A stretch of 64,000 nt of DNA from Eledone cirrhosa (GCA_964016885.1 OZ024746.1:5518001-5582000), one strand, 5' to 3'. Positions 14,304 through 29,725 are shown, numbered from the stretch's first letter. Translations and numbers: made by a program. The notes: a model not told the origin generated them from the sequence alone.

Positions 14304-14433
14304 TAGGAAAATGTGTAACCCCAACGGCAGAGCTCAAGCCGTTTCGACAGCCATTACCCACTCTACTACCCTAAGTATTGAGTACTCTGGTGCGTTATAG
14401 TCCATCTGGTTCCTTACCACACTTCCTTCGTTA
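14304..14433. mobile_element. Repeat family B, copy 2 (inverted junction at ~14352)
   Basis: 14304-14352 is in the same orientation as 1581-1630, whereas 14353-14433 is the reverse complement of 1502-1582. (TA)n flanks. Confidence 0.8.
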
Positions 14434-14457
14434 TATATATATATATATATATATATG

Positions 14458-15455
14458 TTTTGCGAGGTTTTTTATATGAAATCGTGTGTCGAAACAAATG
14501 TTGTTATACTTGGGGAGGGTCATATTTGTGTAATATTGCCAGAATTAATAACAGAACACACTCACTGTTTGGTTGGTTTTCGCTTTTCGCTTCTGTGTCT
14601 TTTATATCGGTAATCTAATTTACTCGGTCCTCAGTGTTGCCATTGACTGACCGACGGTCAAAAATAATACAGATACAATATAGACACAAACACATATATA
14701 TAGTTTATCATAAATCTTTCGTTGCACATCTGCAACATCGTCAGTGGTGCGATTGTTTCCTCTCGTTGCATTGTATGTCTACGCCATTTTTATTTAGTCT
14801 GTCTATATATTTATTTATTTATTTGCTTGTTTATTTATTTTATTTTGTCTTCTTTGCGCATGCGTTTGCGTGTGTGTATAGTGTTTTGTTTGATGTGATG
14901 TGTGTTCGTGATTGGGTGACTAGTGTGTGTTTATATGTGTTTGTTGTTATTGTGTTTGTGTATGTATTTATTTATTTATTCATCTATTTATTTACTTATT
15001 TATACTTCTCTTAGGTCAGTGTTGTTTGTTTGGGTGTTGTTGTTATTCCATTCATTCTTTCTGTTTAGTCTCGGCCTTCTAAGTTCTATTTCACTGGCCT
15101 CTCTGATTTGCCTATCTGCTGGGTCATTTCTATGTTTAGATATTATTCTAATTTCTATGTTGTCTATGTTACCGTCGTGTTGTTGTCTGGCATGTTCGTA
15201 TAGTACTGACCCGTTTTTTCGTCCTTTTAGTTCCCCCCAGTGTTGGTCTATCCTTTCACCTATGCTACGAACCGTCTCACCTATGTATGTTGTTGTCATG
15301 TTTCTGCAAGTACCCTCTGTACATCTTATGCTATAGACTACGTTTCTAGTTTTACAGTTTATCCGGGGTTTACCTTACATATGATACATTTCCTATTAGT
15401 ACAGTGGGTTTTCTTAAAAGCGGAGATTTTGCTGATCAGTTTGGTGCATAAACTT
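14458..15455 (-). mobile_element. 5'-truncated Penelope-like element: GIY-YIG endonuclease remnant plus 3' terminal repeat with HHR-like motif (14709-14746)
   Basis: Minus-strand translation CTNRKCIIC...(frameshift)...NCKTRNVVYSIRCTEGTCRNMTTTYIGETVRSIGERIDQH...LYEHA...H...RQIREASEI...PRLNR shows the Cys linker and the VVY/YIG, R, H, E and N motifs of a PLE GIY-YIG. The 3' region is shared with 10680-11035. Confidence 0.9.
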
Positions 15456-15519
15456 GCTCGCACGCACACACACGCCCCCCCCCCCCCATATATATATATT
15501 TATGTATGTAAAAGGTAAA

Positions 15520-15720
15520 CAGAAATAACAACACAATCGGGAGAGTATATGGAAGGAATATATTAAATTAACGCTTGATATAGCAGGAAGAGGGTCTTAA
15601 CGTTTCGGACGCTAATCCTTCATCAGAAGAAAGAATGAGAAATAAGAAAGATTGAGGAGAAGGATGGGCTGGAATTGGAAAAAATGTCTTTAGATAAAAA
15701 TAACATATAACAATAAATGA
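15520..15720 (-). mobile_element. Repeat family E, PLE-type end with minimal HHR at 15595-15630
   Basis: UCUU-CUGAUGA-A-GGA UUAGCG UCC-GAA-ACGU-U-AAGA. A diverged homolog lies at ~30095-30290. Confidence 0.7.
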
Positions 15721-15848
15721 CATCTCTTGCAAAACTGTTATATACACACGCACATATATATATATAAACATATATATATAAACACATATATATATAAACA
15801 TATATATATATATGTATATATATATGTATGTATATATATATATGTATG

Positions 15849-15883
<35 letters not shown>

Positions 15884-15898
15884 GTATATATATATATG

Positions 15899-15970
<72 letters not shown>

Positions 15971-15975
15971 TATAA

Positions 15976-16021
<46 letters not shown>

Positions 16022-16384
16022 ATGTGTGGTATGTGTGTGTGTGTGTTCTAACTAAACTTAAGCTTAGCTTCCTTCCACTCCGATACTCAGGCGTATTAAC
16101 AAAGAACTAGAATATCGATGAAAAGTATTTTTATCAAATGATTATTGTAGTCTACAACATTTCTTACTACATCATTGACAAACTTGTACGTAGTAGGTGT
16201 GTATTTTTGTGAGCGTGTCTGTGTATTTGTGTAAGCGTGTGTGTGTGTTTATGTGTGTGTGTGTATGTGTGAGTGAGTAGGTGTGTTAGGGCATGTTGTT
16301 TGTTGTTGTTGTTGTTACAGCTCACACCTATACAGGTTTAGCTGGCCCCCTCCAAGGTATATCTCACTTGGGTGATTTAATGAT

Positions 16385-16541
16385 AGGGACCGCAGTCCTA
16401 TAATCTCATTTCTACAGTTGAGTAAACTGGAGCAACGTGCAATAAAGTGTCTTGCTCAAGGAAACAACACATCACCCGGTCCGAGAATTGAACTCACAAC
16501 CTTTCGATTGCAAGCCCAATGCTCTAACCACTAGGGCATGG
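16385..16541 (-). mobile_element. tRNA-derived SINE with CORE-like domain
   Basis: Minus strand has A box (TAGTGGTTAGAGC), B box (GAGTTCAATTC) and then CCTTGAGCAAGACACTTTATT. Homologous to 22194-22320. Confidence 0.8.
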
Positions 16542-17668
16542 CTGTATTATATATGTTCATTTTTCTGTATTCTGTATTGCTGGCATGACTAAGTTATTTT
16601 AGTTTATTCCAGCAGATCTATGGGAAGACAATTTATTTATTCAATATTTTTTCTTATGAGACATAAAATATTTTTCACTCATAAAAAGCCATTCAATGAA
16701 TCCCTCAAGCTGCAAGCAGAGCCTCGTATAATTTTCACAGTTTTACCTCCATTTTGCCTATGTTTTTCTTCATATTTGATTGTGTATATATCCACAGGTC
16801 ATAATTCTATATTTCTAATGTTTTTGAACCTTTTTGTCACGTCTGCATCACTGTAATTAATTATCCGTGGGAAAGTAGATTGTGATGGAGCTTACACAGA
16901 TGAAAATCTGAAAGTGTACAACATCTCATCACAGAGCTGCATTTGAAGACAGAGGGTGGAAAATATGTGCCTTGGTGCATCTCGGGAGAAAATAAATAGA
17001 ATTAGTAATATATTAGGGCCCGTAAGAATGATGATAACCATCAACGTATGTATTCATTCTGAAAGAATTATAGACAATTTATAATGTTATTTATACAATT
17101 ATGAATAAGATTATATATATAAACACTTTTAATAAAAGTATATATATATATATAAAAGTAAGCATTGTGTCTATCAGATATTTGCGTCGAAAATATTCTT
17201 TTAAACTAATATAACTGGTTTGATAAGATTGGTCGCTGTAAGAAGATGGCAGTAAATATTATTATTGTAAGACCCTTATTTTCATTATTGGATTGAGTTC
17301 TATAAAGTCTCTGATGGATCCTACGATAAATATCTTTCATGCAGATATTTTAGACTTGTGTCAGTTGACATATAAAGGTTCAGCCACATTGATACGATAT
17401 TTCCATCGTCAGTACACCACGTATAGACGAATAAAGATAATGAAAGTAAATAGATAAAGTGTACAAGTCGATCAATTGTGTCCTTTGACGTCTTTTCTAG
17501 AAGGTTTTTATATGGCTTCGTTTAGACACGTGATAAGTATGTTGGCATTGTAAGGGAGAAGACATTGGATTCAGATAACTGGTTTAGATGATTGGGAACA
17601 CGAGGATAATTTTACCGGAAAATAGGCCATCTCCTTAAATGTAATTACGGAAATATGTATGAATATAA

Positions 17669-18583
<915 letters not shown>

Positions 18584-18585
<2 letters not shown>

Positions 18586-18650
18586 TATATACTCACGGAG
18601 ACACATAAATCCTGTAAAATGAATACATATGTAAACGTATACTTTTGCAC

Positions 18651-18688
<38 letters not shown>

Positions 18689-18762
18689 TATATATATATA
18701 TTGTGCAAAGGTATACATATGTATTCACTTTACAGGATGTATGTCTCCGTGAGTATATATGC
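18584..18762. repeat. Inverted repeat (~70-bp arms) around a (TA)n spacer
   Basis: ATATACTCACGGAGAC...ATCCTGTAAA...GTATACTTTTGCACAA versus TTGTGCAAAGGTATAC...TTTACAGGAT...GTCTCCGTGAGTATAT. Confidence 0.8.
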
Positions 18763-18944
18763 ACACATACATACACACACACACACACAGACACATATAT
18801 ACACAGGTATGTGTGCTTGTGTGTGCGCTTGTATACACTCAAGCATTGTACAAATAATTTGGTTTATCGTAGGAAAGTATTTAATGTAATAATTGCTTAT
18901 TTACGATATTCTCTTTGAAGAGTACCCAAGTGTAAATTGGTTTG

Positions 18945-19133
18945 TTTCTTCTTCTTCTTCTTCTTCTTCTTCTTCTTCTTCTTCTTCTTCTTCTTCTTCT
19001 TCTTCTTCTTCTTCTTCTTCTTCTTCTCCCACTTGTTCCTGAGAAGATCGTGTTGGGGCCGAGTCCCCAAACACTCCCTCTACCCGGCCCTATCAGAAGG
19101 AGCCGTCTCCGACTGATCCGCCTCGATCCTCAA
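18945..19133 (-). mobile_element. 3' end of an RTE-like LINE with (GAA)n tail
   Basis: Minus strand TCGGAGACGGCTCCTTCTGATAG...GTGTTTGGGGACTCGGCC...CTCAGGAACAAGTGGGA followed by ~27 GAA units. A homolog lies at 32982-33076 (+). Confidence 0.6.
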
Positions 19134-19459
19134 TAAATATATCCTTTTAAATTAATAAATTAATTAATAATTTAAAATGAAATAACTCTGTTTTAGAAAT
19201 AAATAAAGTATTTAATAAGTAACATTCATATGTATGTGTTCTTTAGTTAAGATGCATAAATTCTTGAAATGAACTTGATCAATTTTCAATAGGAGTTGTA
19301 ATTATTTTGGGGAGTTAAACTGCCATATTAGAGGTTAATTAGAATGCCTTAATTAGACAAGAAAACAAAACAGCATCATTTGACAACAATGATCTTATCT
19401 CTAGTTAAATATGTAATTAATATGTTTATAACAGTAAGGTATTATCAGCTTTAACAGAA

Positions 19460-19683
19460 GGGCGTTAGTTTGGTAGAATCGTTACAGCGTTGGACGAATT
19501 GTCTTGCAGTATTTGTTCAGATGTTTTTTTTCTCTATAGTCTGAGTTCATATCTCGCCGAAGTTAACTTTGCATTTCATCTCTCCAAGGTCTAAAAATAG
19601 AGTACTAGTCAACTTCTTGTGTCGATATAATCGACTTTCCTGTACCTCCAAATGCCTGACCTTGTGTTTATATTTCAATCATT
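19460..19683 (+). mobile_element. tRNA-derived SINE, second family, old copy
   Basis: Diverged full-length match to 19820-20090. Confidence 0.75.
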
Positions 19684-19819
19684 TCCAAATCCATGTTAGT
19701 CCGATTCCTGGTGTTTGCGCCAAACTTATCCCTTTTCTGTGAACACTCTTCAAATATCATTTGATATAAATGAATTATAATTTCCTAAAGTATTTATTTA
19801 TTTATTATTAGTATTATTA

Positions 19820-20090
19820 GGGCGGTGGATTGGCCGTATCGGTAGAGGGTCTGGTACCATGCTGGGGTGGTGGATTGGCAGTATCGGTAGAGGGTCGGGT
19901 ACCATGCTTTGCAGCATAGAATTACGGCCCTTTATGATCTGAGTTCAAATCACGCCAAGGTTAACTTTGTCTTTCATCCTTACGGGATAGATAAAATAAA
20001 GTACCAGTCACTCACTGGGGTCGATTTAATCGACTTTCCCCTCCCCCCAACTTGCTGGCCTTGTGCCTATATAAGAAACCATTATTAGTA
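19820..20090 (+). mobile_element. tRNA-derived SINE, second family, with a tandemly duplicated ~43-bp head
   Basis: A box TGGCAGTATCGGT, B box GAGTTCAAATC, central GTTAACTTTGTCTTTCATCCTTACGGG..GATAAAATAAAGTACCAG, 3' TGGCCTTGTGCC..AGAAAC and an (ATT) tail. There are at least 7 other copies or fragments in the window. Confidence 0.9.
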
Positions 20091-20756
20091 TTGAAACCAA
20101 ATCAAATGCATACGTAACATTGCATTATTTTTATTGTAATTAATGTTGGAACAATTTATTGTCTTTATTACTTTTTCTGCGTAGTTATGTTTCGTTAAAC
20201 GTATGCAGCATAAATGAAAACATATTACTATTTCTACACGTTTTTTCTTGTTCTTTAGCGGTCATTAGTTTAGTTTTCTTTTAATCTCTTCCACTTATTT
20301 GCCACACAATCTCCGCTCTCTCCTGGGCATTACTGTTCCTTCTTAAATATATTCAAGCACGCAGACAGAATAAAGTGAAATATAGAAAATACACACATCA
20401 TCGGTAACTAACGTAAAACTAAATCGATATAGTTACAGGATTACTTGTAGAGTGGGGTTCATGACCAGGAATATCTAAAGCGAATGGTCAAGGTCAGTAG
20501 ATCTTTCATGTCATGATAAAACCAACAGTCTAAAGTAGTAAAAGGAACAAAGAATATTATTTTTAAAAGTTAAATTAAACCAATGACAAGAAATGTTGAT
20601 TAAATATCAACAAAGCTAAGACATGTCAGATGTAAGTCAATGATAAACATTTCTAATTCCGAGACAAAAGCAAATATATTTAATTTGTGAAATAAAAGGT
20701 TTAACTGGATTCAATACACTTAAAAGCAAAGTTGGTCACAAATCCTCTAATAGATG

Positions 20757-20851
<95 letters not shown>

Positions 20852-21566
20852 TAGATATATATATAGATATATATATGTGTGTGTGTGTATGAATATTATA
20901 TATGTATTTAGTTTTAGAGGACATGTAAATTTATATGCGTGTGTATAAATCAACGTGAATAAGAGACTACTCCTACTCGCATGTTTCGTAAAATATATAT
21001 TGTTATGTGTCTCCGTATGTTTTCATTTTTGTGATCCATGCACATGCGCACATGTGTGGGTGTGTTTACGCATGTGTGAGATTACATATATAGATACGCA
21101 AGTATATACTTAAACATACATGTAAGAGTATTTGATTTAGGAATTTACGTATCCACTTTGCACCAATGCTTTTAACGAAACAAATTACTAATCCTATGCC
21201 AGATTACCTCCTGTTAAGACGATAAGCTGCTCAGCAGATAACCGTATATGTTGAGGCAGATTTTAAAATAGGAAATGCATATCTCTTTACTTTTTGTTTT
21301 GTTCTCTGATCATAACATGTTGGAAGAATAAGACACTCCAAAAACAGTAAACTGTTAGTAGCCTTGTTTCAGAAATTACATTAAGTATATTTTGTTTTCC
21401 GTTCGGTCGACAAATATCATTACGTATACCTTTCAAATTGAGTTCCGACATTCTTTGAAAATAAACTAAAAACATGCCTGAAAAACTAACACACCAAATC
21501 TTTCAAATACAGAAACTTTATCAAATAAGACAAATACAAACACTCGATCACAATATATATATATAT

Positions 21567-21868
21567 TGAGTTGAAAGAGAAACTGTGTATAAGAGGGATA
21601 AGTTGTGGTGTGCAGGAGAGAAGATTGAGATGGTATGGACATGTAATGCGGATGGAGGATGACCGCTGGGTAAAGAAGTGCCAAGAAATTCCAGTAGAAG
21701 GAAGACGCAGTAGAGGAAGATCACGAAAAACATGGGCAGAGGTGGTGAGAGCAAACCTCAGATCGCTGAAACTCACAGAGGAGTTGACGAAGGACCGTGA
21801 CAAGTGGAGAGATGCTGTGCTGAATAGGACCTGTCCAACCCTTGCAAGTAGGGAAAAGCGGACGTAAA

Positions 21869-21904
<36 letters not shown>
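21567..21904 (+). mobile_element. 5'-truncated RTE-clade LINE 3' end with (GAT)n tail
   Basis: RRLRWYGHVMRMEDDRWVKK...VEGRRSRGRSRKTW.EVV..NL..L.L..E...DR.KWR is the RTE C-terminal signature. The stop codon is followed directly by (GAT)n. Confidence 0.93.
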
Positions 21905-21939
21905 TTGCGATGGAGTGTTTGTGTTTATGTGTGTGTAGA

Positions 21940-22121
21940 TCCCGAGTTAAATGAGGGTAATCACAATTAATAAGGTACTCAATATATTAGTGGAGTGTGA
22001 ACATCAAATTTAATAGGCTTTTTACAGGACTAGAACTGTTTCATACGTATGAAATCCTCAAGAATGGGCATTCCTGATGATTTCATACGAATGAAACAGT
22101 TCTAGACCTGTAGAAGTCTAT
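21940..22121. mobile_element. Repeat family A, copy 1: inverted pair of HHR motifs (better copy 22067-22118, +)
   Basis: Inverted repeat 22014-22121. Plus strand reads GGCAUUC-CUGAUGA-UUUC AUAC GAAU-GAA-ACAG UUCUAGAC CUGU-A-GAAGUC. The tail 21940-22013 matches 46050-46121 in reverse. Confidence 0.8.
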
Positions 22122-22193
22122 ATGGAATATAATATATTTGGCTGCTATTTCTAGCTGATTGTAGATTCAATAAGTTTTAGTTATATACAGTGA

Positions 22194-22325
22194 AGGCGTG
22201 TGGCTGAGTGGTTAGAGAATTGGATTCAGAATCTTGAGGTTGTGAGTTCGATTCCTGGACCGGGCGATGCGTTATGTCCTTGGGCAAGAAACTTTATTTT
22301 ACGTTGCTCCTTCTACCTGGAGTTG
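22194..22325 (+). mobile_element. tRNA-derived SINE 5' part with CORE-like domain
   Basis: GGCGTGTGGCTGAGTGGTTAG (A box), GAGTTCGATTCC (B box), TGTCCTTGGGCAAGAAACTT. Confidence 0.85.
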
Positions 22326-23446
22326 CGACCGATAGATAGTACTAGCAACTGGAAAGACCAACGGAAACATTGTTTCCTCGGTCCGATTTGACGAAAGTCG
22401 ATCGATCCTTTTTTAGTTATATACAATGTGTTCCCTCTTAAAATCAGTGAATATAGTCCCAGAAATATATGAACTGTAAGGCATTCAGGCAACTATGCCA
22501 ATAACTTATTCCACATACAACAACACCCCACTACCCTTTCATAGAATAGCAAATCCAAAACTGTAAAAAATGATTTCCTAATCATGAGTAAAGATGTCCA
22601 GTAAATTGATTGACATGTCTATGTGTAGCCAAGCAGCTAATAACTGATCGATACTTTAATAAACTGATGGATAACGGGAATAAAATCAGCTTCAATTACA
22701 TCCATATCACATCCAATATCAATATTTGATGTTAGTAAATTAATTCACTCATTTCTCCTTTTAATTCGTTATTAAATTGTGTTTTTTCCTTCTTTTTATC
22801 TTACAGATTTCGATTTTACTGATCGTTTGGACGAATAAACAAAATATACATTCCATCCGGTTGTTCACTACTGTCTGGAGATCTTTCGTTACTAATAGTT
22901 GCTAATTCCAAGATTTCAACGTATTTCCCTAAAGATTCAAAATTCTCTCATTGCTTCAGCTGTGAAGTATAATTAAGAAAGTTGTTTGGTTTTGCTGCAC
23001 AAACGAATACACACAAGAAAGGATGTAGGAAGTATAAAACACCATACTAATGATATTTGCTGTCATTGGGGATCTTATTAAACACCAGGAAACACTTGCT
23101 TAAGGACGTTACATCGATTACTTCAAACCAATTGAATAAAAAGCTAAACAGAACCTAAACCAAGTACTACAATGGCGTTATATTTGACAGCATGTGTAAC
23201 CTATTTACTTATATTTTTTGAAGGTAAGAGATATCTTAATAAGCATCTAAATATAAACTATTGTCATATGTAGAATCATCCCCAGCTAATCATTATCTGA
23301 TCACCAACCTGTATTTTTATAGATTTGTTGTTCATATATTTCTTAAACGATGTAATAAAAGATAACTGAATATTTATTTGACAAACTTCCTTTTCACAGA
23401 AACATTCTATCAGCACACACACACACACACGCTCGCGCACGCACGC

Positions 23447-23564
<118 letters not shown>

Positions 23565-23679
23565 ACACTTACTCTCAATATGTTTTCTCACTCTTTCTTT
23601 CTCTCTATCTCTCTTTTACACACACCACACACATAAATATATATTAATATAAACATACAACCGTATATATATACACATG

Positions 23680-23867
<188 letters not shown>

Positions 23868-23984
23868 CAAACACATACACACGCACACATATACACACAT
23901 ATATATATATACATTCTCAAGCGTGAAACTAATACAAATATCATTTATACTGCCTCTCTGTTTTTGTTCTCTGTTCATTTATTA

Positions 23985-24335
<351 letters not shown>

Positions 24336-25554
24336 ATAACCTTCGTTTTGTGTAGAAACTTACACTTTTCATATATATATATATATATATATATATGCTT
24401 ATATGTGTACATATAATCAATTTTGACAATTAGGTTATGTGCTTGTTAATGAATGCATGGCCACATACACCGGTGTGCACATATGTATTTGATCCATTTG
24501 ACATGATGTATATCGTGTAAACAATGAGAACTCTTTCACGTTTTGTACACTGAAACATTCACTCAAATTTGTTTGAATTACAAACAAAACCGTAATGGAC
24601 AAATGTGGGATTCTCCAAAGTCTGTTTGGAGGGAATTGGAAACTTTTCGAAGCAGAGACAGAAACAAAAGCAACTTTTGCTAAACGTCAGTAAAAAAGGC
24701 TTATAAAGTTGAAATGGTGGAGTAATTTAAGTAATTAGAAATTTTGAACGTTAAGTGAATGAAATAATCAGCTTTAGTAAGCTTGAATTAACAGGGAATC
24801 ATCACATTCTCTGATTTAGTGAAGACAACCAAAGGTTACCAACAATATTCGTTTCAGGAAAACTATTATATAATTTCTCTCTTTGTTTTTCCATAGCTAA
24901 TTGAGTTGTTAAAGATTGAAAGACTAAACAATAACCATGTTAAAAGAGATGGTGTAAGTTTAAGTAATCGCTCTCTGAGCTGCTCTCTCCCCATCTCTGA
25001 AAGCATAACTGCTTTGTCAAGGATATTTCCAATTTTTCTTCATGTTGTTCCTGTTTCGTTCATGTGCCATCAGATGTTTGCAATGCTGCACACGGAGTTT
25101 TCACTGAAGCGCGAAGATGGTCCTTGTCTCATAAATCATTGTGGTATTTTTTTTTTTTCGTTGGGTTCTCTTTATTTTCAGCTTGTTAAAGACGATTGTG
25201 ATCAGCAACAAATGTTCCTCCCTCCGCGGCTCACACCTATGGTATTTAGCTCTATTTACCCAGTTGTTAGGTACATTTATAATTAAGGGAATGATCTTCT
25301 TGATGGGGGAAAGAAAGAGGCTTTTTAAACATGCAATTCAGAGAAAAGAATCCATTTGAACATTTATATGACACTGATACCTTGTTTTAATAATCTAAAC
25401 ATCAAAGTTTAAGTTTCTCAATTGTGATTTGTATTATCATAGACTTTGTAGCTGCTTGTACATTCATACTTATAGTCCAGCCATTTTATTTTCAGCATCG
25501 ATTACAATGTTGCTTGTTGTTATTACTTAGCTCGACCTATTTGATGTTTATACA

Positions 25555-25689
<135 letters not shown>

Positions 25690-26080
25690 TGTATACACCT
25701 GTGTGTGATACATCAAAAACGATACCGAAATTGTTGTTTTGAGTTTCAGGTATCTTGAAAGAGGCAAAGTGTGAGAGATATTCAAATATTTTGCCAGCTG
25801 CACTTAGTCGATTGGTGACGTCATCTTCAGGGAAGCGGGGATTGTACAAGTGGCTGCCTCCACTAGGTTATTATTGATGATCATTTGAACAGGTCTTCCT
25901 TCCATCCTTTGTGTTTATTGTGCAAGATTCTTTCGTATTGCTCCATTTACAATAAGGCCAAATTAAGCCCGAATAGAATCATCGTCAGTGCTTTGTTGAT
26001 TCCTAAGCATATTGCAGCTCATATGTCTTTGGTGTACGTTTGTTCAATTTAATGTTTTTGTATATATTGGGAACTCAGAC
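25690..26080 (-). mobile_element. Decayed PLE-type terminal region with HHR-like motif at 25922-25991
   Basis: GCA-CUGACGA-U-...GGAGCAAUAC-GAA-AGAAUCU-UGC. A second CUGAAGA remnant is at ~25821-25827. Confidence 0.45.
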
Positions 26081-26861
26081 CTGCTAAATCATCCATGACC
26101 TATTTTTTTGTCACCTATACACGCACAAATATGCACATATTAAAGATCCCCCAGCACACACTCACACAGTATTTGCACCACATCATAAACACACTCATAT
26201 TCTTGAGTTCGGCTTTTAAATTTTAGGAAATGTTTAGAAAAGAAAACGTTTTAAAAAGTGGTTTAAGATTTATAATATTACATGACACAATAGGTAACAC
26301 ACATTTCTATTCACACTTGCCTATACAACCTTCATATATGGATATGATTAAAAACCAGTCACCCATTACCTTAAACGTTCTTAAGGGGAATTATTTCCCT
26401 AGTTATTTTAAAGACGAACAGTTTTTCGATATACGAACTTTATCTTTATTGGACGACTTCCTTGAATTTTTATTTTAACTTACAAATTAAGTTACGCACA
26501 TATTATACATACATCGATTTAAAGTAAATTGCACAAACCTGGCTGTGTATATAGTGATGTAATGTTATAATCTACGGATCGGAGGAGTTACCTCCTTTCT
26601 TTTTGAGTAGAACACTTCATGAAATATGACCAGTAACGGTTTTTCGTTAAATTTCGCTTCGCACCTTAAGAGAGAGAAGTTAGGTTTAGAACAGCTCATT
26701 CGCTCTACAGTGGTGGCCATAAATGGACCCTGGAAATTAACGTCGCACACACATGTGAGGTGTATGAAATCTAATGCAAACTAAATAAGGTCCCTTGTAC
26801 TAGATTGAACATTGTTTTCCTTGGCCTTTTATCTACGGATATCCTCCATACACACACATAG

Positions 26862-26958
26862 GTTAACTTTGCCTTTCATTCTTACGAGGTCGATAAAATA
26901 AAGTACCAGTAATGTACTGGGTAATTGATGGCCTTGTGCCAAAATGTAGAAACAATTA
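26862..26958 (+). mobile_element. SINE (second family) 3' fragment, deletion subfamily
   Basis: GTTAACTTTGCCTTTCAT...GTACCAGTAATGTACTGGGTAATTGATGGCCTTGTGCC. Confidence 0.8.
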
Positions 26959-26972
26959 TATATATATAAACA

Positions 26973-27069
<97 letters not shown>

Positions 27070-27751
27070 ACATATATATTATATAATCTCGAAATATCAG
27101 GGCATATCATTGAATTAAGGTAAAAAAACAAACACTGTTTCTTGCGTTTTAATTTTTCTCTGTCCAAACCTGCATTGTGGCTTTCCAACACGAATTCCTT
27201 ATACCATATACAACGCTTCAAGTAAACTACACATTCCTCATATATATATATATATATAAAAGAGAGTGATGGTTGTGTGTTCGTATGTTTACACATATGT
27301 ACACGTGTGTGTGTGTGTGCATACATCTATATGTTATATACACACCCAGATCACGAGGAAGCCTAGGCAGTATAAATATATTTAATCTAAGTAAGATATT
27401 TAATAATCAAGACTGCACAATGGTGACCTGAATTTATGGATATATTGATACGATTATACACTGAAGAATTGGTCTCAAATATACCACATACAGACAAATA
27501 TTGAATGTTTAATGCATGTGACCTCGTGTTGCATGTAGATATTTCTGAGACTATTTAGCCACAGCGCTACTGTTGGACCACAATACCAGAAACTACGTTA
27601 TCACTCTATGTGTCAGTAGAGAAATAAAATAGAACAACTGCAGAAATGTAGCGAAAATTAATTACAGACTGTTTTACTGGGGGGAATATAAGTTGAGACA
27701 TTTAAATATATGAGAAGAGTTACACACACATACACACAGCTATATATATAT

Positions 27752-27972
27752 GAATGAGTATGTATGTATATATGTGTGAGTGTGTATGTATATATGTGTG
27801 AGTGTGTATGTATATATGTGTGAGTGTGTATGTATATATGTGTGAGTGTGTATGTATATGTGTGTGAGTGTGTATGTATATATGTGTGAGTGTGTATGTA
27901 TATGTGTGAGTGTGTATGTATATATGTGTGAGTGTGTATGTATATATGTGTGAGTGTGTATGTATATATGTG
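27752..27972. repeat. 22-bp microsatellite-derived minisatellite
   Basis: Tandem GAGTGTGTATGTATATATGTGT units. Confidence 0.9.
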
Positions 27973-28145
27973 TAAAAATACGTATATTTACATATACTTA
28001 CATACACATACACACGTACACAAAGACATATACATGAATGTGTGTGAGTGCAAATAAATAAATATATAAATATATTTGTATATATGTGTAAACATATTTA
28101 TATTTACAAATACACATTCACACGCACACACACAAACACACACGG

Positions 28146-28183
<38 letters not shown>

Positions 28184-28553
28184 TTTTATTTATCGTGACA
28201 ACTGCATATCTATGTCCATGCCTCAATAGACACACCTACTACACTACACACATTCATATATATGTGCATACAGATGCGCATATTAATAAAATAATAAACT
28301 ATACACAATATCACTCATTTTACATTCCTCATCTTTAGAAATATCATCAAACAGTTCTCCTATGATCTTTACTATTAACACAGTGCCGTTACTTTTCCAT
28401 TATTACGAGCAAAATAACAGATTTGTGAAACTTCAAACATGTTCAATGCTATTGTATAGTTATGCTCCCATCCGGTACAAAAACATCCATTCATAAATTA
28501 CATTTTCTGCAAATCTCTTTCTCTGTCTCCCCCATCCCCATCTCTCTCTGTCT

Positions 28554-28599
<46 letters not shown>

Positions 28600-28601
<2 letters not shown>

Positions 28602-28945
28602 GGGATAATAGATTATTGTTATAGGTAGTCCACTTAGGTGTAGTCCAGTTAGGGTACTCCGAGTAGTGGATGATATCAACGCTTGGCTAAGTTTGACTCA
28701 ACAAGGCGTCTCTATAGTGATGCTGCGAGTACGCGGTGATTTCTATGTTGTAAACACTTGGAGTAAAGATAAATCAGGAAAGAAGAGTGACACGGTTTGC
28801 TATACAAAAAAGGTTTTTAATCTCATTGCTGACAATTGTTTCTCTGAACTGGTAGGTCTAGAGATCGCTACTCGCCTGTTTTCGCGTCATTCGATCACCA
28901 ATACATAGTTGTAACCAGTCAAGTCATCAGAGCTAGCGAGAATAT
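28600..28945 (-). mobile_element. Repeat family C, copy 2, with an HHR carrying a long stem II insertion (28828-28933)
   Basis: GCU-CUGAUGA-CUUGACUGGU...~60 nt...ACCAGUUCAGA-GAA-ACAAUUGU-C-AGC. Confidence 0.7.
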
Positions 28946-28959
28946 ATATATTGAGTATA

Positions 28960-29722
28960 TGTTGGTTGTTTACCGACACATCAGTATGCAGGTTGGAGCA
29001 TTCGACGAAGTACGCAGGTTGGTTTCTTTACTCCGAGTATTGGAAAATAAGTAAGTCAAACATGTAAAATTTGGCTTCGTTTATTATCTGCTTTATATAT
29101 TTCGGTGACAGATATTATTTTCTGTGACCTCTTCAGGCACTCCGAATTAGTGTGGAAAATACAGGTACACTTGTTGTTGAAGTGTGTTCCACTCTGTCAG
29201 TACATCGATATGTCCAGCTCCTGGGTGTGTTGTTAGTCCTCCGAGGAACTGAAATCATATATTATATATATATATTGTAGTCGTTGTAGATTATTATAGA
29301 AATGCAACGGCTGCATCCTAATGACGACCGTCACCCCTCTATCTACCAACAGTTGGTGCAAGTTGATTATTTTGCCGTGAGGTTTTGTATGCGTATTGAG
29401 GGACGTGTCTCGTGTGCCGGGTGGATCTCATGAGTGGGGTCAAATGTAGGTTTAGAGATTACATTTGTTGTATCCACAGATACCCGTTGCTTTTTTTGTA
29501 GATTTATTTGCGTCCAAGTTAAGGCAATTGACGGCCTTAGTTACTTGTATTTATCTTACACTTCCATATATGGTCTGAGTCCCACTCTGACATATCTCTG
29601 GTACAAATGTTCTTCTGTAGGATCGGATGTTTTTGCATTTGCTCGTGTCTGTAGGAATAGTTGGAATAGTTGGCATAGTGAAGATTTGTTTATGTGCAAG
29701 TCAAGCCAACTGACGGATTCCA
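28960..29722 (-). mobile_element. Decayed PLE fragment (Cys linker remnant) followed by an HHR-like motif at 29089-29139
   Basis: Minus-strand translation ...IRSYRR...GICGYNKCNL*TYI resembles the PLE RT-EN linker. Downstream motif: UGC-CUGAAGA-GGUCACAGA AAAUAAUA UCUGUCACC-GAA-AUAUAU-A-AAGCA. Confidence 0.55.
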
Positions 29723-29725
29723 TTA

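Noticed and set aside
22194-22265. tRNA gene
   Set aside because: A and B boxes are present, but there is no clean acceptor stem and it runs into a CORE-like SINE body.
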